Shown here in pieces: positions 36,501 to 48,661 of a stretch of 64,000 bases of DNA. The notes under the pieces were generated by a model. That model was not told where the DNA came from, made no database searches, and saw only the letters and a list, made by a program, of their open reading frames with translations. A program made the position numbers and the translations under genes. How positions within the stretch are numbered: the stretch's first letter is position 1; each line of letters begins with the position of its first letter. This DNA comes from Amoebidium appalachense. Its lineage: Eukaryota; Protista; Ichthyosporea. The stretch is from contig CAVNZM010000007.1 of the NCBI GenBank assembly GCA_963693365.1, positions 3,344,670 through 3,408,669 on the forward strand, written 5' to 3'.

Positions 36501-36763
36501 GGTTTGCACTTCACTCTCACGTGTGGTGCGGCAAGTACAATAATGCCTCGGTTTTTCGCGTAACCGGGGTGTGTGGATGTGTCGACCAATGTAGAGTTGA
36601 ATTTGTGGTGGTTTTTAAACTGTGTTTCGCAAATCACTGTAAACGTGTGGTTGTTTGTCTGTTGTTGTATGTAGCTGATTTTATCGTCGAGTGTCCCGGG
36701 GGGGAGGCCCTTTTGGGGGCCCAGTGTCCGAGCATTCCAGAAGAAGAAGGATAAATTAGGCAT
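33569..36763 (-). CDS. LINE ORF2: apurinic-like endonuclease + reverse transcriptase (1064 aa)
   Basis: EN motifs WNAR, ICET, YYPP, LGDFN, SDH. RT motifs GPDG, FRPITL, QSAFR, FIDWKTAYDSV, GLLQGSLLSP, YADD, YKYLG. Confidence 0.95.
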   Translation of the reverse strand: MPNLSFFFWNARTLGPQKGLPPGTLDDKISYIQQQTNNHTFTVICETQFKNHHKFNSTLVDTSTHPGYAKNRGIIVLAAPHVRVKCKPVAKTEFSVSIEFLSNVFTFVYYPPSMSVVELTHKLSQLPMSTVILGDFNTRLHHTDTLQVSVGYPSKPPERAIPLARYVQSHTLRFPQISHAHNTDWGVAFWPSTMSKLSLPPNLSRSSDHSPILFLPKISLDLLPPPPPTFRLRLSQLKSQWGRVDVCVCYATKHPIYMRLLESAQARPDSHLVLDTCTNFIVDDLIDLGDYAGGGRKEYPDALLLPNTTPARLGEPLSQKESLHRLASMNRFGPPARIIGDTTGDPLIDSDKYFSELFKDRTPAQKPIVWPVDPSIPIESILPFFSPDAIWSVISSYSSSKSCGPDGLPAGFLKILVPSYPQKESDRAIKPDLTIMLSSLFSWCVKCGHVPSSWLDTLVIPIVKKDSEGPISSFRPITLTQVVRRFFEACLLRLFAHHPRFQSILHIHPCQSAFRKNNSCYVQIMALHDSMQVGAQYVGFIDWKTAYDSVSPGLLWEKLAARGVPHCIGVLLEALLSQTYGRAVVNGHLSYGFARTRGLLQGSLLSPFLFNLFIDDLAVKIYAENDDPINNFPPALLYADDLSLLARTPRRLQRLFDVVSEWCKANLMILNIDKCGVLVPDIANNLHTFTLSSKPVPIVPEYKYLGVPVDSVGVMFPHMVEKRVELARKRLAFFSANIFKDTPLHPSIRLTFIRTFVFPACEYGLPLLAAWIKKERTRALKPLANFLEAEVASFLSNNCCKPGPVTLSIYGLVPIAARVSYLALKFNKHISRLKKYLPSHPLFSIRPVPSSPLPSFLPSLSPSPLGTNTNKPRNSVCVTLDCHLLIKHVHNHKIITQYNKWKKIPHDTRPDESIHLEKLSLMSRFIYTDRLNHIAKYGTRKCITPKYILPSCRTGLSLADGIIDQLPRFYCTRAIQWRSNKYKVASFACPNNTHTHQFNRSCIAKCSLIDHIIPQHTHVTFTTDTQKDSLPVNYNILDFILNTRNYDLFIRCIDWLEKHITTKL

Positions 36764-37241
36764 CGGTTTGGTCCGACACCTGTGGGGTTGGTTCCCACTT
36801 GTCGCTTACGGGGTCGTATGCACGACCTTCCGCCAGCGCGAACAGTTCGCAGAAGAGCTCGATTTCCATCTCGCATCGGCGTTTGCGCTCGAGCAGTTTC
36901 TCACCAGAAAACATTGGTTCCTTCGTGTCCGTGTCTATCACGCTCGTAGCATCGTTTTCCAACTTTGCGAGGAACTCTTTTGCCTTGCTGATGCGTACAC
37001 GACAACGTGTGGCGCACGCATTCTTAGCAGACACTTTACGTTCTTTGTCTGCTTTCTGAATGTTTTCCGGCGCGCATGGGTCGTAGCTTGGGAGGTGGGT
37101 GAAGAAGCTTCCACACCCCTTTGTCGCGTCACGGATGAACGCACGGTTATAGTCGCCCCGTACTGCTACTTCCAGCACATCGTATCCAATGAAGGACAGA
37201 CAAAGGATGCGAGAGCACCGGAAGCCGAGAGCCTCGTGCAT
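36756..37241 (-). CDS. LINE ORF1 (161 aa from the ATG at 37241); its stop overlaps the ORF2 start
   Basis: Open frame directly upstream of ORF2 with GATGCCTAA overlap. The RIL..SF...VLEV.V..DY...YDP pattern resembles ORF1s of fungal LINEs as recalled, not searched. Confidence 0.6.
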   Translation of the reverse strand: MHEALGFRCSRILCLSFIGYDVLEVAVRGDYNRAFIRDATKGCGSFFTHLPSYDPCAPENIQKADKERKVSAKNACATRCRVRISKAKEFLAKLENDATSVIDTDTKEPMFSGEKLLERKRRCEMEIELFCELFALAEGRAYDPVSDKWEPTPQVSDQTDA

Positions 37242-37880
37242 CTGCAGCCAGCAGAACACACGCACACGCACGCACACACACACACATACACACACACGCA
37301 CACAGACACAGACACAGACACAGATATAATCACAGGCACGGACACAGACCAGACAGACAAATGCCATATGCACAAAAGCAGGCAACACAAAACTAACCTT
37401 CAAACGGCCTTTCAGCCGTTAGGCGAAGATGCTGCAGCATGGTCGAAACCATTCAGCACGGTGGCTGCGCGACCTGCGGAGGGGACCTGTGACCAGGCGA
37501 CCTGCGGGAAGGGAACTGCGACCAGGCGACCTGCCGGAAGGGACCTGCGACCAGGCGACCTGCGGGAAAGGACCTGCGGACCTGCGGGAAGGGGGAAGAG
37601 AAATGGAGCAAACAACGTGCGTACAGGCTTAAACGGACAAAAAATTGCAAACCGGATTGGGTTTAGCCAATCACTATTTGCTATAGACCGGTTTAGTAAC
37701 CGCCGCGCCTGATTAGGGAAAAGATAAAAATAGATTTCGGCTCGCTTGTCTTTTTTTCAACATGGGTGTCACTGGCGCTTTCGACTTCTTTGAAATCACA
37801 CGTGTACGTTGACACAAGCACGAATGCACACAGCCTCACCCATACTCACACTCACACCCACAGCTCATGCTCACACTCAA

Positions 37881-37943
<63 letters not shown>

Positions 37944-37980
37944 CACGCGCGCGCGCACGCACACACACTCACACATGCAC

Positions 37981-38016
<36 letters not shown>

Positions 38017-38220
38017 CGCGCACACACAGGCGCGTACACACACACAGGCGCACACCTACACAACACACACAGCACATGCACACACAAGTGCACGCACGCA
38101 CACAGTCACACTGTTATCCCTGATCATGATGCCCCCTCCCCCCTCCCCTCTTCCCCCCCCGCGCACCCCCCCCCCCCCCCCATACTCACACTCACACCCA
38201 CAGCTCATGCTCACACTCAA

Positions 38221-38292
<72 letters not shown>

Positions 38293-38715
38293 CTCTCTCT
38301 CTCTCTCTCCCTCTCTCTCTTCTCTTTCTCTTTCTCTCTCTCTCTTTCTCTTTCCCTCTTTCTCTGATCTGTCTCTCTCTCTCTCCCTCTTCCTTCTCTC
38401 TCTCTCTAGTAGTGGCAAGTGGAAAGAAAAAATAGGTGATACCCTACTTGGTTTTTTTCTTCTCAATTTTATCTAAATCTCATCATGATAGGGTATTTTT
38501 GGTTTACGTATACACTTGGCTCAGCTTGCATGTACGGGAAACACAAGTTAAGCATGTTAAATAACGATACATTGACATATTTCAACCTGTTGACTATCAG
38601 TATCCATCATGGGCTTAGTGATTACGACCCCGTCTCAACATTGACATCGTAAAAACCAATAAACTGTCTGATCCAGATCACAATGGACCCAATATCGTGC
38701 CCCCCCCCCCCCCCC

Positions 38716-38953
38716 CCCTTGACCGTACCTCTCCTATCCATAGATCTCTATCCAGTATAATCTAGAGAGACGGGGCCCTCCCCCCCCCCCCCCCCCCCCC
38801 CACCCCAGGCCTCCACACCACACACACACGCACCGCACACACACACTGCTGCAGCGCTACATGGATGCCATCACCATCACACGTGACGACATTTAATTAG
38901 TATTGGTGATATTGTACCAATACGTAACGTCTATTGGTAAGGTGGTGGTGGGT

Positions 38954-38987
<34 letters not shown>

Positions 38988-39307
38988 TCAACACAACCGA
39001 AACTGTCGGTGTTACAAGTGGTTCGGTCTTAGGAAGTTAGAACGGTGATTTTTAATTTAATAGCGGGAAACAATATTATCCCCATTGCATATGGAGGGAA
39101 CGAGGAGGGGGGAGGGGGGGGGGGGGGGGGGGGGGGGGGGTTTCACAACGAATTCTTAATCGACTGTGCATAATAAATGTATATTGCACATGTAGCCTGA
39201 AAGATTAAAGTGAATGTGTGTATGTATATGTGCGAGTATATTTGTGTATGCAATACATGTACAAGTATTAGGGATTGGTTCTTTGCGAGTTCAAAGAGTA
39301 TATGAGT

Positions 39308-39344
<37 letters not shown>

Positions 39345-39464
39345 GTTCCGTGTAACACCATGAAAGTTCCATATTTAGGGGGGGGGGGGGGGCCACCCCC
39401 AAACCCCCGTCTCTCTAGATTATACTGGATAGAGATCTATGGATAGGAGAGGTACGGTCAAGGG
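38716..39464. mobile_element. MITE-like element with 60-bp inverted repeats
   Basis: CCCTTGACCGTACC...AGAGACGGGG (38716-38775) is the reverse complement of 39405-39464. Non-coding interior; TSD obscured by poly-C/G. Confidence 0.7.
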
Positions 39465-39652
39465 AGGGGACAGGGGGGAGGGGGGCGGGGGCGGGGGATA
39501 GACAAATACCAGACATGCATAATTGCACATTCTTTTGCAGCTACAGTTTGATGATATTTACCCACCGTGTGCACCACTTGTGACCCCAGTCTTCCGAGGT
39601 GGTGTCATAGGTGGGCGTCAACACCAATAAATTGACTGGTGACGGGTGTACA

Positions 39653-42600
39653 TGTTATAATACGTAGTATTTACATATTGTAAGATCTTCTCAGTTCGTG
39701 TTATGTTTTCATTCATTTACTTAATGAAAAAGATGTGCTCCTTGTACGTAAATTATGACATCGATCTCCAGTGTATTTGAGTACTTGTAATCGTGTTGTG
39801 TCGGCTATATTCGTGTGTTTAGATATCTATTACAGCAACTGATTATAGGTACACGAGTCTACCCAGTGAGGGAGACACGTGTACATGTTATGTGTACATG
39901 AATATCTTCGGTTATAACTGTGTTTTGCTGTTCGTGTTTTCTGTCCTGCTTTCTTTTCTTTTTCCTCTTTCTTCGTCTTTTCTTTTCTCTTTCTTTCTTC
40001 TCTTGTTTCCTTTCATTTAATTATATTTCTCTCTCACTAATATACGTTGAGTAGATTTATATTACTCGTTATGTTTTGATTGGTAGAAAAACACTTAGGT
40101 TACACTTTAGCTTGTCAGGTATGATTCATAGCTTAGTCAACCACTTTTGTTTTGTGTGTTGCCGTACTATATCCAATCAGTGGACTTAGTCAGAAAATGT
40201 CTGAGTCTTTGTAGCCGATGATAGGTTAGAAACACCACCTCTTTCCTCGTTACTCTTCACCTCTTTTCTTTCTTATAGCTGTGACCTATGGTGTGTGTTC
40301 CCGCGTCTCCGGATCTATCCGGGAAATAATCAGTTAATTATGATTGGTTATTTTAGACATAGATCTGATTTCCGACTGGTCGGAAATCATGTATGGATTT
40401 AACTTAAGGGAATTTCAGGTATTTATTAGCGATCAAAATAAATTGAGTTCAGTCGTGTCTAAACATTGATGTCTGTTGTGTACACTGCTCCGATCGTTCC
40501 GTGTTTTGTTGTTGTGTGTGTCTGTGGTGTTTTCACACTGCACCACTGTGTCTCTGCTTACATTCTAAATACTTATAGAATTTAACAGGTTATGCAGCCC
40601 TTTTGCACGCTCCCTACACACATCTAGAACTCGCGCTCGTTTTTCAATCATGGATCCAAACAAAACTGGCGTAAACAAAATCACCATGTGGAAAGGTGAA
40701 GGGAAGACTGGTCCCGATAGCAAAACTACCTATTTTCAATGGGAAATCATTTTTCTCGGCATGATGACCGGCACTAAAGGTGTCCGACTCGTGGATGTTG
40801 TCCTTGCTGACAACTACGTCCCCCCTACCACCGTCGCGGTTGACGGTGAACCCCCCTTCTATGGCTACGGCACTACCGCGGAACTCAAAGAGGCCCGCAA
40901 TTGCCTCCTGCTCCATATGATACAGAACATCGACCCTTCCGTCCTCACCACCGTTGCCCAGTACCGTATTGGCATGGACCCTGAACGGGCCATGTGGAAA
41001 TTCCGTCAACACTATCTCCAAGGCAAACCCGATCAGATCCGCATCCTTCACCGTCAGTGGGATGCCTGTGCCCTTCAGCCCGGTGAATCATTCACCACCT
41101 ACCTGAGCCGTCTGCAGACCATCGTGAACCAGCTCCAGTCTCTCCAAGATGAGTCCATTCACTTCACTCGTCTAGCTGAGAAGTTCTTCAATGAACTCAC
41201 CACCAGAGACGACCTCACCCCTGAGTTCAATCGTCTTATCGAAGACTATCACTTCGGTGATAAGCTATTCCCCGACTTCGAGTCCCTCCATAACCACGTC
41301 AAGGGCATCGAGTTACGTCAAGACCTCAAGATGCAACTCCGGAACAACCGTGCCCACCGTGCCTCCAAGTCCAGCATGGCATTAAATGCCAGTGCTCCCC
41401 CCCCGTGATCTTCCTCGCCGTGACTTACGCACCCGACTTGACCGTACCTCTGGCACGGACCTCCGAACTCGTCTCTCCCGTCAGCACACCCGATCCCGTT
41501 CCCCCCACCGGCCTGTCTTCCGGTCCACGTCTCGTTCCCCCAGTCGTTCCCGTTTCTCGGGTTCCCGTCGTTCTGATTCCCCGGCTCGTTCTAACACCCC
41601 GTCCGTGAAAGAATGCTCCTACTGCCACGAGCCTGATCACACGATCATCGATTGCCCTGAGCCGAAATGCCGTATGTCCAGACACAACCGTTCCCGTCAA
41701 GGCAGTGAGAAATCTGTCTCCTTTGCTTTCTCGGCATACAATGCTAGCTCCGTCCCCGTGTCCTCCGACCCTGCCTGGGATTCCGGGTGCAACATGACTG
41801 TTTGCCCCACCCGTGAGTTCTTCCATGACCTCACTCCCCTTCCGACACCGACTCCCGTTGCTGCCTTCAATGGCACCCCCGTCTTGGCCACTCACACCGG
41901 CCATATCGTCATCAACACCACCACTGACAATGGCACTACCACCCTAACCATTGAAGCCTACTACACCCCGTCTGGCCAAGCCTTCCTCATTTCAACATCC
42001 CAAGCTGCTGCCGAATACATCAAGGGTGATTTGAACGATGCCTCCACTCCGTCATTCCTCTTCGACCGACTCACCGGCCGTCATCTCGTCAACCTCCGTC
42101 TACACAACGGTCTGTATTACTTCAAGGACTACACCATTCAACCACCCACTCGTCCTGTGGCTCTGGCTGCCACTACCAGTGTTAACCCATCCATCTGGCA
42201 CCATCGTCTGGGGCACCGAGCTATGACCAGCATCAAGGACATGGTGAAACACGACCTTGTTATTGGTCTCCCCTCCTCTGTCCTCGACTGTGATGTTCCT
42301 GATTGTCATGGCTGCATTATGGGTAAGACCACCAAGGCTCCGTTCAGGGGTGACCGTCCTCACTCCAACATCCCCGGTCATGAATGGCATTGGGATTTTT
42401 TTGAGCCTACCACAACATCGTACGGAGGTTCCAAGGTTGCTCTCGTCACTGTCTGCCGTGCCTCTGGCCTCGTCAAGATCTACCCGATGGCCGACCGTAC
42501 CACCACCCTGGATATTCTCACAGCTCACACCAACCTCGTTGCCACCCATGCCCCCTCCAAAGTTGGTGTTTACCACTTCGACTCCGGCTCTGAGTTCACC

Positions 42601-45600
42601 TCCAAGGATACCCGTGCTTTTTGCCTCTCCCAGGGCATCAAGGCCAGCTATGCTCCGGTGGACTGCCCTCAACTGAACGGCTATGTTGAACGACGTATGC
42701 GGTTCCTCCAAGAGATTGTCCGTTGCCTCCTCCATCAAGTCCAAGATCAGTCTCTGTCTCCCAAACTGTGGGCTGAGGCCCTCCAACATGCCGCCTACAT
42801 CATCAACGTCACCCCGTCCACGACTGCCAATGGTCGTACACCATTCGAGGTTTTCTACGGTGTCAAGCCCGACATCTCCGAGCTCAAAGTGTTCGGTTGC
42901 CCTGCCTACACTCACGTGCCAGCCTCTAAACGGAACAAGCTGGCCCCCACCGTCAAACTCGGCATGTATATCGGCTATGATCTTCAATCACACTGCCACC
43001 GGATCTTCAATGCCACCACCCATCGTGTCGGCCTCTTCCGTGATGTGATTTTCGACGAATCAGCTTATCTCCCGTCCGACATTCCATCAACCCTTCCGAC
43101 CCCCGACACCACTGCTACCTCGACCACCCCACCCCCCACAGTTGACACTGAAGATGATGTTTGTCTGGTGTACTCTGGCCCCCCTCCTGCCATCGTCGTT
43201 CCCCCGACACCCCCCCCCCACCGGCCCCCCTGCCCCCGTGCCCGTCCAGCCTGCCGACCCTCATCCTGCCCCTGGCAACGTCACACCCATCCGACCCGGC
43301 TCCCCCGACAACTTCCACTCGGCCCCGTCCAGCCCGGAGGTTGCCCCCCCCTGCACTTCCGAACTTCCAAGTTCCCCCCCCACCGTCTCCACCTACCCCG
43401 GTTCCTGCACCCCGTCGTTCTGCCCGTCTCCAGGGCAAGGTTGGACTTCAAGCCACCACCACCCTGCCAGTCCCCCCCGGTCCCCCCATCAACATCGACC
43501 AACTACCCAAACTTGTCCGTCAACTCTGTTCCGGACCCAATGGTGATCAGGTCAAGTCAGCCCTGACTGCTGAGTATCAAGCCTTCGTCGACAAAGACAT
43601 CTTTGAACTTGTTGACCCTCCCCCTGGTGCTAACATCGTCGGCTTCAAGTGGATTGTCTCCGAGAAAACTCTCAACTCGGCTGGTGACACCAAGATCAAG
43701 GCACGTGGTGTTGCTCAAGGCTTCAGTCAGCAATACGGTGTTGACTATGAGTTGATTGAGAGCCCTGTCATCCGTCCGGCTGCTCTCCGTGCCATCCTAG
43801 CTCTGGCCGTTGTTGAAGGTCATGACATACATCAACTCGACGTGTCTACGGCCTTTCTCAACAGCCCACTCACCGAGACCATCTACATGAAACAACCCCC
43901 GGGATTCATCACCATGGCCACACTTGGCAAGGTCTGGAGACTCAAGAAAGCCCTGTACGGCCTCAAGCAAGCCTCCAAGGCTTGGTACGACTTCCTCGAC
44001 GGCATTCTTCTTGCCCATGGCCTGACCCGTACTAAGACCGACCCGTGCATCTACCTCCGGTTCTTCCCCAACAACGATGTGGTACGGGCTGGTAACTACG
44101 TCGATGACTCCACCATCACCAACACCCGGGGTTCTACTGCTGCCAGTGACCTGGCTGCCCACATCAGCAAGATGGCCAGCTGTCGTATGAGTCCATTTGA
44201 CCGTATGCTCGGTGTTGATTTTAATCACTCTGATCCCCATCACCTCCACATGCACCAGAGGTCTTACATCATGGATATCATCCACGACTTCAACCTCACC
44301 GATGCCAAGTCCAAGTCTACCCCCATCCCTGCAGGCACCACCGTCTCCCTGGCTGATTGCCCCCCCCAACCGTTCACCGTGCCCTACCGTGAGTTACTCG
44401 GCCGTCTCCTCTGGGTGGCACGGTGCACACGTCCAGACATTGCCTATGCCATCGGCTTCCTTGGTCGGTTCAGCACCAACCCCGGCAAGACTCACTGGGA
44501 CCTTCTCCGTCGTGTGGCCCGGTACCTGCTCGGCACCATTGACCTTGGCATTGACTACAAGTACTTGGCCACCCAGTCCCCCATACTCGAATGCTACACG
44601 GATGCTGACTTTGCTGGTTGTGCCGACAGCAAGAAGTCTACCACCGGCTACATTATCGTGTTTGCTGGTATGCCCGTCATCTGGTACTCCAAGCTCCAGC
44701 CCATCACGGCCACCAGCACCACTGAAGCTGAGCTGATTGCTCTCAATGCTGGCACCCAAGAAGTTGCTTGGGTCCGTGACCTCTTCAAGGAACTCGGCTG
44801 TCCCATGCTTGCTCCGACTCCGGTGTACTGTGACAACCAGTCGACCATCGCCATCGTCAACTCCACCGGCATCAAGCACCGTACCAAACACATTGCCGTC
44901 CGGTATCACAACACCAAGGACTACATTGCCAGTGGGGACGTGGTTGTCCACTACGTTGAGTCAGCCCACAACTTAGCTGACATACTCACCAAACCCCTCC
45001 CCGGCCCGAGTCATGTCCACCATCGTGCTCGACTTTGTTTACCGGATATTGTGGATTGACCCGACCTACTTCAAGAGTGATTTTCTCATGTGTACTACTT
45101 ACTTTATCAACATCATTATATCATATGTATTGCCTTTGTGGGTATGCCCACTTAGGGTTTATATATAAGGTTTGACCTGTACCATCACTCTACTCTATCT
45201 TTCACTGGTTTAAAACCCAGTTAATCAAACACCGCCTATACACGTTATATATATTCGTTGTTTTTGCCCCGGTTCCTTCCCCCCCCTCCCCCCCCCCCCC
45301 CCTTCCCCCCCCCCCTTCCCCCCCCCTTCCCCCCCCCTCCCCCCCCCCCTTCTCCCCCCCCCCCCCCCCCCGGGAAAAGTACACACTTTAATTTTTTTTT
45401 TTTCCGTTTCTGTTCTCAAGTGGGGAGATTTCACTAGTTCAGTGGGGATATGATAACACGAACTTCAAAGTCTTAAGTGGGGATGTTATAATACGTAGTA
45501 TTTACATATTGTAAGATCTTCTCAGTTCGTGTTATGTTTTCATTCATTTACTTAATGAAAAAGATGTGCTCCTTGTACGTAAATTATGACATCGATCTCC

Positions 45601-46418
45601 AGTGTATTTGAGTACTTGTAATCGTGTTGTGTCGGCTATATTCGTGTGTTTAGATATCGATTACAGCAACTGATTATAGGTACACGAGTCTACCCAGTGA
45701 GGGAGACACGTGTACATGTTATGTGTACATGAATATCTTCGGTTATAACTGTGTTTTGCTGTTCGTGTTTTCTGTCCTGCTTTCTTTTCTTTTTCCTCTT
45801 TCTTCGTCTTTTCTTTTCTCTTTCTTTCTTCTCTTGTTTCCTTTCATTTAATTATATTTCTCTCAAACTAATATACGTTGAGTAGATTTATATTACTCGT
45901 TATGTTTTGATTGGTAGAAAAACACTTAGGTTACACTTTAGCTTGTCAGGTATGATTCATAGCTTAGTCAACCACTTTTGTTTTGTGTGTTGCCGTACTA
46001 TATCCAATCAGTGGACTTAGTCAGAAAATGTCTGAGTCTTTGTAGCCGATGATAGGTTAGAAACACCACCTCTTTCCTCGTTACTCTTCACCTCTTTTCT
46101 TTCTTATAGCTGTGACCTATGGTGTGTGTTCCCGCGTCTCCGGATCTATCCGGGAAATAATCAGTTAATTATGATTGGTTATTTTAGACATAGATCTGAT
46201 TTCCGACTGGTCGGAAATCATGTATGGATTTAACTTAAGGGAATTTCAGGTATTTATTAGCGATCAAAATAAATTGAGTTCAGTCGTGTCTAAACATTGA
46301 TGTCTGTTGTGTACACTGCTCCGATCGTTCCGTGTTTTGTTGTTGTGTGTGTCTGTGGTGTTTTCACACTGCACCACTGTGTCTCTGCTTACATTCTAAA
46401 TACTTATAGAATTTAACA
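39653..46418 (+). mobile_element. Young full-length Ty1/Copia element (family 1, copy b); LTRs 39653-40587 and 45484-46418
   Basis: TSD GTACA (39648-39652 and 46419-46423). The LTRs differ at only about 3 positions by eye. PBS GGTTATGCAGCCC at 40588 is of the copia half-tRNA-iMet type. PPT AAGTGGGGA lies before 45484. Confidence 0.95.
40650..45059 (+). CDS. gag-pol: Copia gag-pol polyprotein; frame breaks only at poly-C tracts (about 41400 and about 43210-43380)
   Basis: Zn knuckle, WDSGC protease, HHCC, FDSGSEF/NGYVER integrase, YVDD RT, YTDADF RNase H, LADILTK. Copy a reads through the first poly-C site in frame. Confidence 0.9.
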
Positions 46419-46669
46419 GTACAACCAAAGAAACTCAGCAGCACATATAATAACGTTGATGCTATACCCTGCCTAGTTGACGTAATAATTAGTGCACCAT
46501 CGCACGCGTGACCCCCCCCCCCCCCCCGGGGGGGGGTGTTTTTGCCGCGCCGTACCCCTGATATTGTAAGTGTACACTGCCCCCACAACCCCAACTGTGT
46601 GCTGAATATCTCGTGCTAGGAAACCAATAACGCGAAAGTAACACATGCTGCATGATATATGATGTATAT

Positions 46670-48120
46670 GGTACAAGGGGGGTTTCAATCCGGGCTACAA
46701 TGTTGTGTTTTTTTCGGGTGACCCTCGTACTCCAGAGGCACACTCACCATCCCCCCCATAAACTTTGTGGTAAATTTCTCGTGCCAGAAGCTGTTCTGTG
46801 GGTAGTTATTGAAAAACCAATAATGTCTAGGTAACATATGTACATATACTATGCTACAAGGGGGGTTCTATACGAGCTACAACGTTGTGTTTTTTTTGTG
46901 TGACCCTCGTACTCCAGGGGCACATGCCCCATCCCCCCCATAAACTGTGTGGTAAATTTCTCGTGCTAGAAGCTGTTCTGTGGGTAGTTATTGAAAAAAC
47001 CAATAATGTGTAAGCAACACATGTACATATACTATGCTACAAGGGGCGTTCTATTCGAGCTACAACGTTGTGTTTTTTTCGTGTGACCCTCGTACTCCAG
47101 GGGCACATTCACCATCCCCCCCATAAACTGTGTGGAACATTTCTCGTGCTAGAGGCTGTTCTGTTGGTAGTTATTGAAAAAACCAAAAATGTCTAGGTAA
47201 CACATGGACATATACTATGCTACATGGGGGGTTCTATACGAGCTACAACGTTGTGTTTTTTTCGTGTGACCCTCGTACTCCAGGGGCACATGCACCATCC
47301 CCCCCATAAACTTTGTGTTAAATATCTCGTGCTAGAGGCTGTTCTGTTGGTAGTTATTGAAAAAACCCAAAAATGTCTAGGTAACACATGGACATATACT
47401 ATGCTACAAGGGGGGTTCTATACTAGCTACAACGTTGTGTTTTTTTCGTGTGACCCTCGTACTCCAGGGGCACATTCACCATCCCCCCCATAAACTGTGT
47501 GGTAAATGTCTCGTGCTAGAAGCTGTTCTACTGGGTAGTTATTGAAAAGACCAACTTGATGTGTAAGCAACACATGTACATATACTATGCTACAAGTGGG
47601 GTTCTATTCGAGCTACAACGTTGTGTTTTTTTCGTGTGACCCTCGTACTCCAGGGGCACATTTACCATCCCCCCCATAAACTTTGTGGTAAATTTCTCGT
47701 GCTAGAGGCTGTTCTGTTGGTAGTTATTGAAACTTTAAATAATGCCTAGGTAACATATGTACATATACTATGCTACAAGGGGGGTTCTATACGAGCTACA
47801 ACGTTGTGTTTTTTTCGTGTGACCCTCGTAATGCAGGGGCACATTCACCATCCCCCCCATAAACGTTTTGGTAAATTTCCCATGCTAGAGGCTGTTCTGT
47901 GGGTAGTTATTGAAAAAATCAATAATGTCTAGGTAACACATGGACATATACTATGCTACAAGGGGGGTTCTATACGAGCTACAACGTTGTGTTTTTTTCG
48001 TGTGACCCTCGTACTCCAGGGGCACATTCACCATCCCCCCTTATAATTTGTGGTGAATTTCTCATGGTAGAAGCTACTCTGTGGGTAGTTATTGAAAAAA
48101 CTCGATGCTTATAAGTAACG
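46670..48120. repeat. Tandem array of about 8 x 183 bp
   Basis: TGCTACAAGGGGG.TTCTATACGAGCTACAACGTTG...-like units recur near 46670, 46852, 47034, 47217, 47402, 47588, 47771 and 47954. Confidence 0.9.
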
Positions 48121-48357
48121 CATCATGCGGCACAAATTGTCATCATAGCATTATACTACCATCATAGTTGGTCGACAATAACGATATATTGGGAACGTGG
48201 ACACCATATTGTAAACCAAAAAATAATACCACCATAATATACTACACATACCTAACAATGTATTGTGAATGAATAAAATAAGTCTTGCTTACGTGCTGGT
48301 AAAATACGAGAAACAAGGATTCTCTCGCTCCTTTTTTTCTTCTTTTTTGTTTGTTTT

Positions 48358-48402
<45 letters not shown>

Positions 48403-48584
48403 ATGTATGTGTGTGTGTATGTGCTCGGTTGAGAGGGAAAGGGGGGGCGGATGCACCGTGTGTGTGCATGTGTGCACGTGTGTGTGTGTGTGTGCTCTGT
48501 GGAGAGGGAATGGGAGGGGAGGAAATGCACCGTGTGTGTGCATATGTGTGTGTGTCTCTCTGTATGTGTGTGTGTGTGTGTGTT

Positions 48585-48661
<77 letters not shown>

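Larger units (their letters stand above)
33211..37757 (-). mobile_element. Apparently full-length APE-type LINE (ORF1 + ORF2)
   Basis: Intact ORF2 and a short ORF1. The 3' end is shared with the copy at 50305-51634. Possible short TSD CAAC (33207-33210 and 37758-37761). Confidence 0.85.

Noticed and set aside
37766-38476. HT-, CV-, poly-P and poly-G ORFs here and at 48242-48728 and 60883-63653
   Set aside because: Translations of (CA)n, (TG)n and homopolymer tracts.
41390-41410. Programmed gag/pol frameshift in Copia-1b
   Set aside because: It lies in a poly-C run and copy a reads through in frame; homopolymer slippage or sequencing error is more likely.
42100-42987. Long antisense and alternative-frame ORFs over retroelement genes
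   Set aside because: Shadow ORFs expected from C-rich third-position codon bias; no recognisable motifs.
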